A stretch of DNA of 64,000 nt, taken from Octopus vulgaris. Its lineage: Eukaryota. A program made the position numbers and the translations under genes. How positions within the stretch are numbered: position 1 is the first letter of the stretch; the number at the start of each line of letters is the position of its first letter. The stretch spans positions 41,230,001 through 41,294,000 of the forward strand of contig OX597819.1 in the NCBI GenBank assembly GCA_951406725.2. Direction: 5' to 3'. The notes beneath the pieces are model-generated. The model was given only the letters and a program-made list of their open reading frames with translations. It had not been told where the DNA came from and ran no database searches. Positions 37,597-50,538 of this stretch are shown one piece after another.

Positions 37597-38716
37597 CTAG
37601 CAAATCTGCCCATCTACGATGGAGGCAAGTCATAACAGTAGTATGTATTGAGGAATGTGTAAATGGACATGATAGATTATTGGGTGATGTCTTACAGAAA
37701 TCACATTATTGTTGGTGATACAGCATTCTGTTGCAGCTGTATGACGTGTGTTTGTGACTAAGTGACATGTGATGACGATTCACTCCCGAGCTGAAATAGG
37801 CTCCTAGCCTCTGCATCATGAATGGTTATATGGACCATTCCTAATGAAAGTCAGAGCTTTCTTTGACCACTACATTAAAAGTATTAAGAAAAAAATGTTA
37901 TTTAGATGTACTTTTATTTTAGTTGTTTACACTATTTTACACATGTTTATACTCGTATACATTCAAATTTCACAAATTTCTTTATTTGAATTATGAATCC
38001 TATTCCTTTTGATAATATCAATATGATTACAAAACTTCTTTGTAGATGATATTTTCTGTTTGGTCGATACTAACTTTCAAATTTCTGGAGTCTGTTGCTC
38101 TACTCATAGCAACATACAATTGGCCATGTGTAAACATCGGAGTGGGTAAAAATACACCTACATCATCTAAAGTCTGGCCCTGTGCTTTGTTTGTTATGAC
38201 TGTGTGAGCAGAATCTTAAGGATTGCAAAAAATCTAACTAAGAATTACCTCTCACTGTTCTATGCGAATAATGTGTGGATGTTCTGGTACCATGGGTTAT
38301 TCTAATTGACAAAACTAAGATGTAAACAACAGCCACTTCAGTTAACCATTTCGAATCCTGTTCAAGACTGACACACTTCAATAACCACTAAATAATCACA
38401 CACACTTTTTTACATTTACTTTTCACTACTAACAATCCTCGTGACCCCTTTTGTATCTATGACGGGGCCACAAACTATACAACGAAAATTCAGAGTTACT
38501 CACTGTCGGTGAATATTTAGTAAAAATGCGAAGGTGGTTAATCAATTAAAAAATCAATACCCACAAAATAATCATACTTTCTGATATTTTTGATGCTAAA
38601 AACCTTCCTGATGACCATCTTTGTAATCCCAAAAAATATTGTAACCATTGGTCCAGCTGTCTGGCAGTGAAGAGGGAACACACAAACAGACAGACATAAT
38701 GCCCTTTATAGTAAGA
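37597..38716 (-). mobile_element. Non-autonomous Helitron (~1.12 kb) with both termini
   Basis: Minus strand 5' A|TCTTACTATAAAGGGC at 38716. 3' hairpin gcccatc-tac-gatggaggc (37608-37626) precedes terminal CTAG|T at 37597. Carries a helicase fragment. Confidence 0.85.
38027..38200 (-). pseudogene. Helitron Rep/PIF1-helicase C-terminal fragment
   Basis: Translates to VITNKAQGQTLDDVGVFLPTPMFTHGQLYVAMSRATDSRNLKVSIDQTENIIYKEVL*, which contains PIF1-family motifs V/VI (KAQGQTL, HGQLYVA.SR). Confidence 0.9.
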
Positions 38717-39144
38717 TTATTGCCACCACTAAGGTAACGAGCTGGCAGAATCATTAGCATGCCAGGAAAAATGATTAGCTGCATTTTGTCCATCTTTATG
38801 TTCTGAGTTCAAATTCCACCAAAGTCCACTTTACCTTTCATCCTTTAGGGGTTGATGAAATAAGCACCAGTTGAGCAATGGGGTTGATGTAATCAACTTA
38901 CCTCCAAACCTGAAATTGCTGGTCTTGTTCCAAAATTTGAAACTATTATCATCACTGCCACTGCTGATATTATGGTACTACCACCAACATTACTGTTTCT
39001 ATGTGTATTTTCCCACACCAGAATGGGCTATATGAAACTTTTTGAGGTAGATTTTCTACAGTTGGATGCTCTTCCTGTTGCCAGGCCTTATTTATCCTGT
39101 AATATATTTTAACATTTCACTGATCCTTACACATCATACACATA

Positions 39145-39306
39145 GGCGCAGGAGTGGCTGTGTGGTAAGTAGCTTGTTTACTGACCACATGGTTCCAGGT
39201 TCAGTCCCACTGCGTGGCACCTTGGACAAGTGTCTTCTACTATAGCCTCGGGCTGACCAAAGCCTTGTGAGTGGATTTGGTAGATGGAAACTGAAAGAAG
39301 CCTGTC

Positions 39307-39362
<56 letters not shown>

Positions 39363-39560
39363 GTGTGTGTTTGTCCCCCTAGCATTGCTTGACAACCGAT
39401 GCTGGTGTGTTTATGTCCCCGTTACTTAGCGGTTCGGCAAAAGAGACCGATAGAATAAGTACTGGGCTTACAAAAGAATAAGTCCTGGGGTTGAGTTGCT
39501 CGACTAAAGGCGGTGCTCCAGCATAGCCGCAGTCAAATGACTGAAACAAGTAAAAGAGTA
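39145..39560 (+). mobile_element. tRNA-derived SINE family 1, full length
   Basis: A box tggctgtgtgg, B box ggttcagtccc, CORE-like ccttggrcaagt, internal (TA)n(TG)n, tail ...aaacaagtaaaagagta. Many near-identical copies in the window. Confidence 0.9.
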
Positions 39561-40787
39561 GGGTAAAGAGTATCCACTGATAGAATATTTGTTCACTGGA
39601 GAAAGTAAACAATTTCACTGCCCTTTGCTCAGATAATGCTAATGACAATATGTAAATTGACCTTCTTGTATACCCACATACAAACAAACATATACCTATA
39701 GAGTTCCTTTTTTGGAATGGTAAATCTAAGATAACGCTACAAATAATAGCATATAAATATTGGGTTGAATAAAAAACCTTTTTATAAAAAAGTCAATGGC
39801 TGCCTGTATCTGTGTGTGTGTGTGTGACTGAATAACTGACAGGCTACCACACAATTTGTCTCGTAATTCTATTCACAAGGCATTGCAATGGATCAGGGTT
39901 ACAGTAGAAGATATTTGCTCTGCAATGCCATACAGTGGGACTGAACACAAAATCATAAGGTTGTGAAGCAAACTTCATTACAGCAAAACCATGCCCATGC
40001 TGATGAGGAATTCTCTTTTTCTAAGAATGCAGTATGATGCAGTACAGTAGTAAAACAGTAAAAAAAAAAAAAGACCTACAGAGACAAGAAAGGATGTGAT
40101 TAAAAAAATGGTCTGTTAGATATACAACTTCAAAGTCAGTTTATTTGTCTGGTAGTGGTAGGGGCTGTTAGAAAATATGTGTGCATTAGAGTCATCAGTG
40201 TACACATGAGATGCTAGTGATGGTATGGTGATTGTGGATGGCCATGGTTGGAATGCTTTTGATCATAAGTATCTTGATAGGAGTTGGCCTGGGGATAAGC
40301 AATGAAATACAGACAAATATGACTCAGTATATTAATTTATTCATCACTCACATTGTACTGGTACTGAAAACTAATCTAATATTCAGTTCTCACTGACTGG
40401 TGAGAATAAAAAAAAAAAACTTCTTTGAAATAAAAAATAGAATTATATTAAAGTTATTGTTATACATTATTAGATATGTATCAACTATAACTGGTGCAGG
40501 TTTAATCGAGAGCAAAGTTAATTAAAAGGCACCGACATAGCAGTATAGATGAGAAGTTAGCTTCGCAGCCAAGTGGTCATATGTTTGATGCCACTGCATA
40601 ATATTTTGGACAAGTATATTCTCTACATAGTCTAAAGTTAATACTTGCTGAGTGGTGTGGCGGTGTGGTTAAGAAGCTTGCTTCCCAACCAAATAGTTTG
40701 TTTCATTCCTACTGCATGCCATATATATATGGTTTTGTCTCTAATTTAATATAATATATGTATATATGTATATATATATATATATAT

Positions 40788-41002
40788 ATTTCTTTACTAC
40801 ACACAAGGGGCTAAACACAGAGAGGACAAACAAGGAGAGACAAATGGATTAAGTCGATAATATCGACCCCAGTGTGTAACTGGTACTTATTTAATCGACC
40901 CCGAAAGGATGAAAGGCAAAGTCGACCTCGGCAGAATTTGAACTCAGAACGTAGCGACAGATGAAATTTCACCTGGCGTGCTAACATTTCTGCCAGCTCA
41001 CC
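40788..41002 (-). mobile_element. SINE family 2
   Basis: Reverse complement of 58511-58746. Other copies at ~4166-4378(-), 20269-20478(+), 38731-38945(+), 46863-47080(+). Confidence 0.85.
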
Positions 41003-41008
41003 ATATAC

Positions 41009-41041
<33 letters not shown>

Positions 41042-41734
41042 TGTGCGTGTATGTATGTGAATGCATATATGTTTGTGTTTCTTTATCTTGATATCACATT
41101 GTAAATGAATGCCATTCATTTCCAATACTCTGTGACAACATATCTAGGCTTGAAAACAAGCAAGGGCGGTGACAAGAAGGGCATCTGGCTGTACAAAATC
41201 TGCCTCAAAAATTCCACCCAGCCCATGCAAGCATAGGAAAGCGGATATTAAAAGCAATAATGATAAGCACAAGTATGTTTGTATGGTTAAGGAATTCACT
41301 AAAAATATGTGGTTTGCAGTTTGTTCCAACTCCATGCACTGTGGGCTGGTGTCTTCTACTATGGCTTCAGGCTGACCAATGTATTGGGAGAAGCATTCTT
41401 AGATGGAGATTCTAACAAAGCTCATTGAGTGATGTGTATGGGTGGGGTGGCATGTATATGAGCTTGTGTGTACCTTTCGTCTTGTGATTGCTTGAGATTG
41501 AAACAAGATCACCATCCACATGAACAATGTATTTGCAATCTGCTACGAAAAGTTGCCAGTCACTGAGCTGTTCATTGGAAACAGAAGGTAGGCTGCTGGA
41601 AGAGCATCCAGCTAAAAAAAAATCTGTCTTGACAAGTTTCTTCAGTCTAAAGAAGGTGGACACTACAATAACGATATATATTATCATCATCATTTTCCAC
41701 ACTGAAATAAATGTCAATGGAAAGAGTAGTTGTG

Positions 41735-42113
41735 ATACCTGTGCCGGTGGCACATAAAAAGCACCATCCGAATGTGGCCAATGCCAGCGCTGCCTCGACT
41801 GGCTTCTGTGCCGGTGGCATGTAAAAAGCACCATCCGAACATGGCCGATGCCAGTGCCGCCTTGACTGGCTTCCGTGCCGGTGGCACATTAAAAGCACCA
41901 ACCGATCGGGGTCGCTGCCAGACTCCCCTGGCACCTGTGCCGGTGGCACGTAAAAAGCACCCACTACACTCGCGGAATGGTTGGCGTTAGGAAGGGCATC
42001 CAGCTGTAGAAACACTGCCAGATCAGACTGGAGCCTGGTGCAGCCCTGGTCGAACCGTTCAACCCGTGCTAGCACGGAAAACGGACGTTAAACGATGATG
42101 ATGATGATGATGA
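41735..42113 (+). mobile_element. Retroposon family 5 with tandem 5' modules and (ATG)n tail
   Basis: Four gtgccggtggca.rtwaaaagcacc modules, then ggaagggcatccagctgtagaaac ... ggacgttaaacgatgatgatg. Other copies at ~296-430(-), 3795-4010, 8420-8604, 12805-12972, 32148-32360(-), 44040-44250, 58460-58925. Confidence 0.8.
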
Positions 42114-42462
42114 ATCAGATGAAGACTATTGAAGCAGTTATTCTGTGGCCAGATGTCCTTCCTATTCCCAACCCTCACCTGTTTCCTGGCACAATAACAT
42201 TTTCCCCAGAGTCAGACATGTTCTTGTAAATTATTGGGAATGGATGACAGTGACATTCATTTACAACTATCATACACTATCAAAACAAGGAGATAAACAT
42301 ACACACAAATATGTATGGTAGGCTTCTTTCAGTTTCCACTTACTAACTTTGGTCAGCCTGGGGCTATATTAGAAGACACTTGCTAAAGGTACCACACAGT
42401 GGGACAGAACTCAAAATCATGTGGTCGAGAAGCAAACTTCTTACACAGGCTATGCCTGTCCC

Positions 42463-42493
<31 letters not shown>

Positions 42494-42532
42494 TCTGATA
42501 TATATATATAACTATAAATAAGCAATAATAAA

Positions 42533-42585
<53 letters not shown>

Positions 42586-43246
42586 CCTATATGAGAAGTT
42601 TGCTTATATTATAGTGTATGTGTCTGTGTTTATGTTTACCAGTCTAAGCTAGTATCGCATCCCTTCATATCAAGGCTACTTACCGATGCATGAAATAAAT
42701 ATCTTTAAAATAAGTACTGTGGTGGATATGATTGACAGAAGATCCTTGAGGGTGGTGCCCCAGTATGGTTGCATGAGAAAAATGTGTTTATGTAAGAACA
42801 CTAAACCAATTTGGTTCATTTAATGCTTGTTTTTTTTTTTCCCCTGCTAGGATGAGTTGAATGAATACATTCTGAATACATTGCTTTACAGCCCTTCTTG
42901 TTGCTAACCAATACCAGTTTTTCAAATAACGGAACTTTGTAATCCAGTCTTCAAAAGTACAGATCTACTGGATGGTTTGTTAATAAGAAATGTCAACAAA
43001 CTTCACCATTTTATGCTCAATGCTTCCATGGAAGGATACAAAGCATAAACAATCACACACACACACACACACAAGACGGGCTTCTATGCAGGGAGGAAGA
43101 ACTGAAAATCACATATTAGCAAAGCTAATTCTATGTAATATCCAGACACCCATACTTGTACCTCAAATGGATTTTATTCTTTTGAACATATCTAAGACAC
43201 CAACAATCTTTGAAACCAACATTGTCATGATATTTTAGTGTCCTTC

Positions 43247-43637
43247 GGCTGTGTGGTAAGTAGCTTGCTTACCAACTACATGGTTCCGGGTTCAGTCCCA
43301 CTGCATGGCACCTTGGGCGAGTGTCTTCTACTATAGCCTCGGGCCAACCAAAGCCTTGTGGGTGGATTTGGTAGACGGAAACTGAAAGAAGCCTGTCGTA
43401 TATATGTATATGTATATATGTGTGTGTGTGTTTGTGTGTCTATCCCTCCCAACATCACTTAACAACCGATGCTGGTATGTTTGCGTCCCTGTAAGTTCGT
43501 GGCTCGGCAAAAGAGACTGATAGAATAAGTACTAGGCTTACAAAGAATAAGTCCTGGGGGTCGATTTGCTTGACCAAAGGTGGTGCTCCAGCATGGCCAC
43601 TGTCAAATGACTGAAACAAGTAAAAGAGTAAAGAGTA
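43247..43637 (+). mobile_element. SINE family 1
   Basis: Family-1 sequence, slightly 5'-truncated. Confidence 0.88.
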
Positions 43638-45673
43638 ATATACAATTACACATTCCTCCATCAGTTCACTTGGTCTAACTACTTTTACAAGTGATGACTC
43701 AATCAATTAGGGACATAGAAGTTCTCTGTGATTCACAACCAAACAATTATCCTATTGTGTCAGTTCATTATTTATATTTTTTTTATTGCTATTCTTCTAA
43801 GGCTGTGTACCTTAAGATGTTTGCTTCAAGGTACTCATGGATTTGGTTTCAATACCTTCGTGTGACATGTCAAGTAAATGACTTCTATGGCTATCTTTCT
43901 TTTCTTACTGGGATAACCATGTATTTCACCTATGGCAAAACCTGTCCTTGTCCCTCTATTATATTTTAATTTCTCTTCACTAGACAAAGCCATCTCTCTG
44001 GATACTACTTAGTTGAGGGATCATGCGTTACAATTGGTGACCTGTCGGGTGCAATACCATGTACAAAGCACTCAGTCTATACTGTAAATTGATTGGCATA
44101 TTAGGAAGGGCATCCAGCTGTAGAAACCATCTCAAAGCAGGGAGTGGCGCTTGGTGCAATCCTGTGACTCACCAGCACATGTTGAAATGTCCAACCCATA
44201 CCAGTATGGTAAACAAACATTAAACAATTATCATGATAATGATGATGAAGTACATGGAAACCCATCAGAGGGACTGTCTCTGCTGTTGTTGTTGAGTAAA
44301 CTTACTGCTGCTTGATTAAACATCACCAGCTGGCCCCTCATTGCCTTTAGCAGAGTCCACTCCACTAAAAGCACCCAACCATAAAGACCAGGTGACTGGT
44401 CTGAGAATAACACCCTTCTTTCTGCCACTCCACCACTGCCCAGTCTTGAAGGCAAAAAAAAACCCATAGGTACTACACCTCCTCCTCTGACATAAAAGTT
44501 CTTTTTTTTTTTTAATGGCTAAATTGTAACCTTTTACCAGTAAATTTTCTCCAAGGTAATTTTCCCAATCAATGTGGCTAGGTTACTAAGAAATTCACTT
44601 TTCAACTGTGGCTTTCGTTTCACTTCCAGTGGGCAAGTTTCTTATTCATAGATTGGTCACTGCTTTGTTAAAGTATTTTGACTCAAAACTAAAACAAGCA
44701 TGTTTATGCATATGTGTGTGCATGAATGTTTGTGTGCATCTGTGTGTTTGTTTACAAAGACTACACTGAGCTATGGCCATAAACAAGGATACTGTTTCTT
44801 GCAGCTTAGTTATGTGGCTGGGCAGTAACTGGTGACATTTTTTGACATTCCCTGTCAACAGATTGTCTGTAAGCTCTATGTTTTTGAATTCATCTGGAAT
44901 TAACCCTTTAACATTTAAACTAGCTATATCTAACCCCAAAATTGTTCTTGTTTTATGTTCAAACTGGCTGGATCTGGCCTTTCAACCAACCCTACAACAT
45001 CATTCTAAAGAAATATACAATCACATCATCAAAGTCTTGAAGCTAAGGAATAACACACAACTAATTCAAAACAATATGGATAGATATTACAGTTAAAAGA
45101 GTAATCTGACTACCAAAGAGTGAAAAAAAAAATCCTTTAGTTGAAAAGCAGTTGTTTGTTGGCAACTGGAAAAGTATCCTGCCTAAGCTATGCTTGCATA
45201 GAAAAATACATTCTAAATAAAACAAATGAACAAACAAACCTACATTTACACCAATTTTTACACATAGTACAAGTGTACCACAACCAATTTATTCCCCAGC
45301 AACTTCACAAGTGATCCAATGGCTGAGAATCAATAATAATTACATGACATACTAAAAATAACAGCCAAATCCTTCTTGAATTACATCTTATTATTTTCAA
45401 AAAATGACACACTGGACAATGTTAATCCTAGATATACAAAATACTGATGGGAAGGTCATGACTGGCACACCTTGGATCATATAGTTGCCTCAATCAGAGC
45501 TGATTTATACGAGGCCAAAAAGTGACAATAACAAATCTCTACACTGTCTCAATTTAAAACTATTTATTCCACGCTTCCAGTTAGATTCCTAACAAATGAC
45601 ATAAACATTATTTAACCCTGTTCATTACCATTTAAGTGAGCAGGGGCAGGGAGAGAGGAAGAGTGTGAGAATG

Positions 45674-45710
<37 letters not shown>

Positions 45711-46441
45711 TAGACTGCAAGAAAGTGCATATCTGAGCTGGAAAAAAAATGTAGAAGAATGACTGAAATGAAGGCAGTTAATCAATACAAAGCTTCCAGA
45801 CAGAATGTAACCATTGGTTCCATCATTAACACAAACGAGACTATCTAAATAACAATAATTAACTGTTTCCAAGGAATAGTCAGTTTAGTGACTAGTCTTC
45901 CAGGCCTGGTCTATACTTATTTTATTGTATTTATTTTATATTGCAATCACCAAACAATAATGGCATTGGTTATAGGTTTCTGACAGGCCAATCCCTAGGT
46001 CACTGCATCTCCGATGGTAAGAGAGTGACAAAGCGAATATCAGTAACCCAGTGCAGAACAAATATCACAAAGGAGTTCATTTGAAAAGCAGTACTTTTTT
46101 ATTCATATATTTATTCTTTGCTTGTTTTTGTTTTCTAGCCAATGTTCACATCCTTTGCTAATACATATGTATGAAAGATCCTGTACAGTATATGACATGG
46201 CTAATACAAACTAAGAGAAAAAAGTTTCAAGAACTTTACACACACACACAAAAAAAAAAAAACAGGCTTGCACGCAGTTTCTATCTGAATAAAACAACTC
46301 AACAAAAACCCAATCATATCAACATATTTGTTTCACTTGTTTCACAGAACTTCATCTACAGATAGTAGTTCTGAACATTCTTTTTCTCTTCGTACTTTCC
46401 CCTCCAATAAATAAACAGATAATAATCTTATTAATATATAA

Positions 46442-46849
46442 GGCATAGGAGTGGCTGTGTGGTAAGTAGCTTGCTTACCAACCACATGGTTCCGGGTTCA
46501 GTCCCACTGTGTGGCACCTTGGGCAAGTGTCTTCTACTATAGCCTTGGGCCGACCAAAGCCTGGTGAGTGGATTTGGTAGACGGAAACTGAAAGAAGCCC
46601 GTCGTATATATGTATATATATATATGTGTGTATGTGTATATGTTTGTGTGTCTGTGTTTGTCCCCCCAACATCGCTTGACAACCGATGCTGGTGTGTTTA
46701 CATCCCCGTAACTTAGCGGTTCGGCGAAAGAGACCGATAGAATAAGTACTAGGCTTACAAAGAATAAGTCCTGGGGTCGATTTGCTCAACTAAAAGGTGG
46801 TGCTCCAGCATGACCACAGTCAAATGACTGAAACAAGTAAAAGAGAGTA
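46442..46849 (+). mobile_element. SINE family 1, full length
   Basis: Same head, TA tract and tail as 39145-39560. Confidence 0.9.
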
Positions 46850-47288
46850 TATAGGTATCTTATAAGGCAGCAAGCTGCCAGAATTGTCAGCACGCCAGGC
46901 AAAATGCTCAGCAGTATTTTGTTGGTCTTCACATTCTGGAGTTCAAATTCTGCCAAGATTGACTTTGCCTTTCATCATTTTAGAGGTTAATAAAATAAGA
47001 ACCAATTGAGCACTGGGGTCGATGTAATCAACTTGCCGCCTCCCCCAAATTTCTGGCCTTGTGCAAAAATTTGAAACCAATATATAAGTATTTTATAGAG
47101 ATGACTAATTAGTTACCCTAAACCTATAAAGACTATAGATGTAACTCCCTTTCAATTATTCATCATCATCATCATTTAACATTTGTTTTCTATTCTGCTA
47201 TAGTTTGGCTAGTTTGATAGGAGCGAGCTACTCAGGCTCTGTGTCTGGATGCCCTTCTTAATACCAACCACTTTACAGAGTGTACTGA

Positions 47289-47433
47289 AGAAGGTGCGAT
47301 ACACTTGAGGAATATTTGAAGGATCTTGGGAATAGGAAGTTCACTAGCGGTCCCCAGCCACAAGTATTGAGGATGAATGAAGCCAGCTCAATCCACCCCG
47401 GGTGAATGCTGTCTCAAGTCAAGTCAAGTCAAG
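47289..47433 (+). mobile_element. 5'-truncated retroposon insertion with (TCAAG)n tail
   Basis: Exact 14-bp TSD acagagtgtactga (47275-47288, 47434-47447); 3' tail tcaagtcaagtcaagtcaag. Confidence 0.85.
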
Positions 47434-47569
47434 ACAGAGTGTACTGAGTGCTTTTACACAGCACTGGTATGGGTGCTTTTTACATGACACCAGTACTTAT
47501 GAGCCTGCAAGATGAAGGATGCTCAGCTGGATGGGGTTGCAAGGGATGAGCCTGTATGCAAGGGCAACC

Positions 47570-47765
47570 ACACTTTTACCTAGCTTGACGTGCCTTTTCA
47601 AGCACAGCAAACTGCCAGAAGTCTCAGTCCCCTGTCATCCCCTCTGTGAGTCCCAACGCTTGTAGATCCTTTCTTATCACTTTGTCCCAGGTCATCTTGG
47701 GTTTACCTTTCCACATGTTCCCTCACCAATTAGAGAGGCATCTCTTGATGTAATTGTCCTCATAG
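47570..47765 (-). mobile_element. LINE 3'-end fragment (RTE-like), degenerate
   Basis: Minus strand reads ...gaacatgtggaaaggtaaacccaagatgacctgggacaaagtgataagaaaggatcta (G.P..TW...I..D-type terminal motif). Confidence 0.5.
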
Positions 47766-47828
47766 TAAATTACAAAAATGATAAAGGATGGCCAACCAGT
47801 GACCAATGTCATATGATCAAAATTTATA

Positions 47829-48222
47829 TTCTTTTACTTGTTTCAGTCATGTGACTGTGGCCATGCTGGAGTACCGCCTTTTAGTCAAGCAAATCGAACC
47901 CAGGACTTATCCTTTGGAAGCCTAGTACTTATTCTATCGGCCTCTTTTGCTGAACCGTGAAGTTACAGGAACGTAAACACACCAGCATCGGTTGTCAAGC
48001 GATGTTGGGGGGTCAAACACAAACATACACACACACACACATATATATATATATACATATAATCGACAGGCTTCTTTCAGTTTCCGTCTACCAAATCCAC
48101 TCACAAGGCTTTGGTCGGCCCGCGGCTATAGTAGAAGACACTTGCCCAAGGCGCCACGCAGTGGGACTGAACCCGGAACCATGTGGTTCGTAAGTAAGCT
48201 ACTTACCACACAGCCACTCCGC
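47829..48222 (-). mobile_element. SINE family 1
   Basis: Reverse complement of family 1. Confidence 0.88.
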
Positions 48223-50009
48223 CCGAGCACAACTAATTCATAAGTCACTAAACTGAAAAGGAAAAAGAAAATGCTTAGCTGTTACTCACAAGTATAGATG
48301 ATCTGATAGCTGGCATCATGATTTCACTAATTGTTTGTTGCCTATGTATTACATGTAGACAAAGATACCCTCTTGGCCCTTTCACCCTCAAAGCCAACAG
48401 AACAGAGATGTAACAAGTGGAGACAAAGAAGGCTGCACCAGAAGTTGGTGGGTACCTGTTAGGAGCTGAGTAAACTGGAGCAATGTGAAACTATATACCT
48501 TGCTCAAAGACACATGTTGCCCTGAAAAAGGATTGAACCTGCAACCTTATAATCATGAGCCCGACGAAGGAGAAAAACAAAAAGAAAGAAGAAATGAATA
48601 TCCTGAACCTATATAAACTGGCCATTAACAAACTTTCAAACAGCTGCAATGGAATTGTGTCAGAGATCAAGTCACAGCTAGGTGTAAAAACTTTTGACAC
48701 AACACTTCATAAAATAGGTTTAAAGTGAAAGTGAATTTCTAAGTATTGTATGTTATTAAATGGCTACAATAGTTTTTCCATTTTGTAGTTGCATGTATGA
48801 ATTTTTTATTTTCTTTTTAATCCTTCACACAATAGAGAGATGAAATGCTGTCAATGAATCAGCTAGACCTCTCTTACGACATAAAAAAAAAAATGAATCT
48901 GAAGAGGCAATTAAAACAGTTGTCTAAACCATATTAGCTGATATGAACCTAAGCTATTATAAAGATAAATATCAGCTGAGTAATTTTACACTAAGAGACT
49001 CAATGCTATGATCACAACTATAAAACAAAAAAAAAAACACACACACATAAAAAAAAAAACAGGGTGGTGAATAGTAGAATTGGTAAAGCATCAAATATAA
49101 TACTTTATGGTAATTTGGTTAGGTCTCTTTATGTTCTGACTTCACGTTCCACCCACAGCAACTCTAACTATCATGCTCTTCAGAAGCTAATTAAAATATA
49201 TACTTCATTCAACAAGTAATAGGGTTACCATAATTGACGCTAAGTTTAACCCTTTATGTATCAGCCTATCAGCCCACCGGACACTGCTCCTGGTTCTACG
49301 ATACAGATTCCCTGTTTTAAAATGAGCTAACTTTAAATCATCCATCAAAATTTCAAGTTAATTCATGCTCCAAATAAAGTTATTTTACTGAATTCTTGAT
49401 TGTTTTCAAAGCTAAATGAAACAAAGACAGTGTATTTCAGCAGAAATATAGTAACAAAAGGGTTAAGATGGTGCTACAGCATGGTCAGAGTTCAATGACT
49501 GAAACTAGTAGAAGAATGAAAGAGTAATAGTTCATCTAAAATACTTTATTCTAACTTTCCAATGTATATAAAGAAAGACCTGTGAAAATAAATTATTACA
49601 ATTGTATTAACAGTACAGTAATGATTGTTATCATAACTGATGGAGTACCAGGAGGATGAAAAGTAAAGTTGATCTCAGCTGGATTTGAACTCAAAATGTA
49701 AAGAATCCACAAGTTTGACATTCTCATGTTAATCTAGGCACCAGGATTGTAATTTCAAGGAGAAGGGAGCCAGTTGTTTACGTTAAATACCCAGTACTTC
49801 CATCAGTTCTTTACTTTAACTCCAGAAGGATGAAACATAAAGGTGACTTCAACAGGATTTGAACTCAGAACATAAAGAGACATAACTATATGCTGCAAGG
49901 TACTTTTTCAGAGGCTCTACTGATTCTACCAATCCACTGAATACTGGCACAATATGGAATTTTTTTAGCAGGGGGAGGAGGCTATAATCAGTGATATTTA
50001 CATTACTAT

Positions 50010-50538
50010 TAGCAGGGTGCAAAGAGCACCATACGAGCATGATCATTCACAGAGCGGCTAACTGGCTTCCGTGCCAGTGGCACTTAAAGTGCAGCATTCG
50101 AGTGTGATTGTTACCAGCGTCGCCTTACTGGCACTTGTGCCCATGCTAGTAGGGTGCCAAGAGCACCATCCGAGCATGATCGTTGCCAGAGCAGCCAACT
50201 GGCTTCCGTGCCAGTGGCATGTAAAAGGGCACCATTCGAGTGTGATCGTTACCAAAGTTGCCTCACTGGCACCGGTGCTGGTGGAATGTGTAAAAGGATT
50301 TGAGCGAGGTTGTTGCCAGTACCGCCTGATTGGCCCCCGTGCCGGTGGCACGTAAAAAGCACCCACTACACTCTCAGAGTGGTTGGCGTTAGGAAGGGCA
50401 TCAAGCTGTAGAAACACTGCCAAATCAAGATTGGAGCCTGGTGCAGCCATCTGGTTCGCCAGCCCTCAGTCAAAATTGTCCAACCCACACAAGCATGGAA
50501 AGCAGACGTTAAACGATGATGATGATGATGATGATGAT
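50010..50538 (+). mobile_element. Retroposon family 5 with 5-6 diverged tandem 5' modules
   Basis: Repeats of gtgccagtggca...gcaccat.cgag..tgat.gtt.ccag...actggc followed by the family-5 body and (GAT)n tail. Confidence 0.8.

Noticed and set aside
48285-48320. ATG...CTT|gtgagt candidate upstream exon (MMPAIRSSIL)
   Set aside because: The donor is phase 0 relative to the ATG, incompatible with the phase-1 acceptor at 11998, and there is no similarity to chimaerin.
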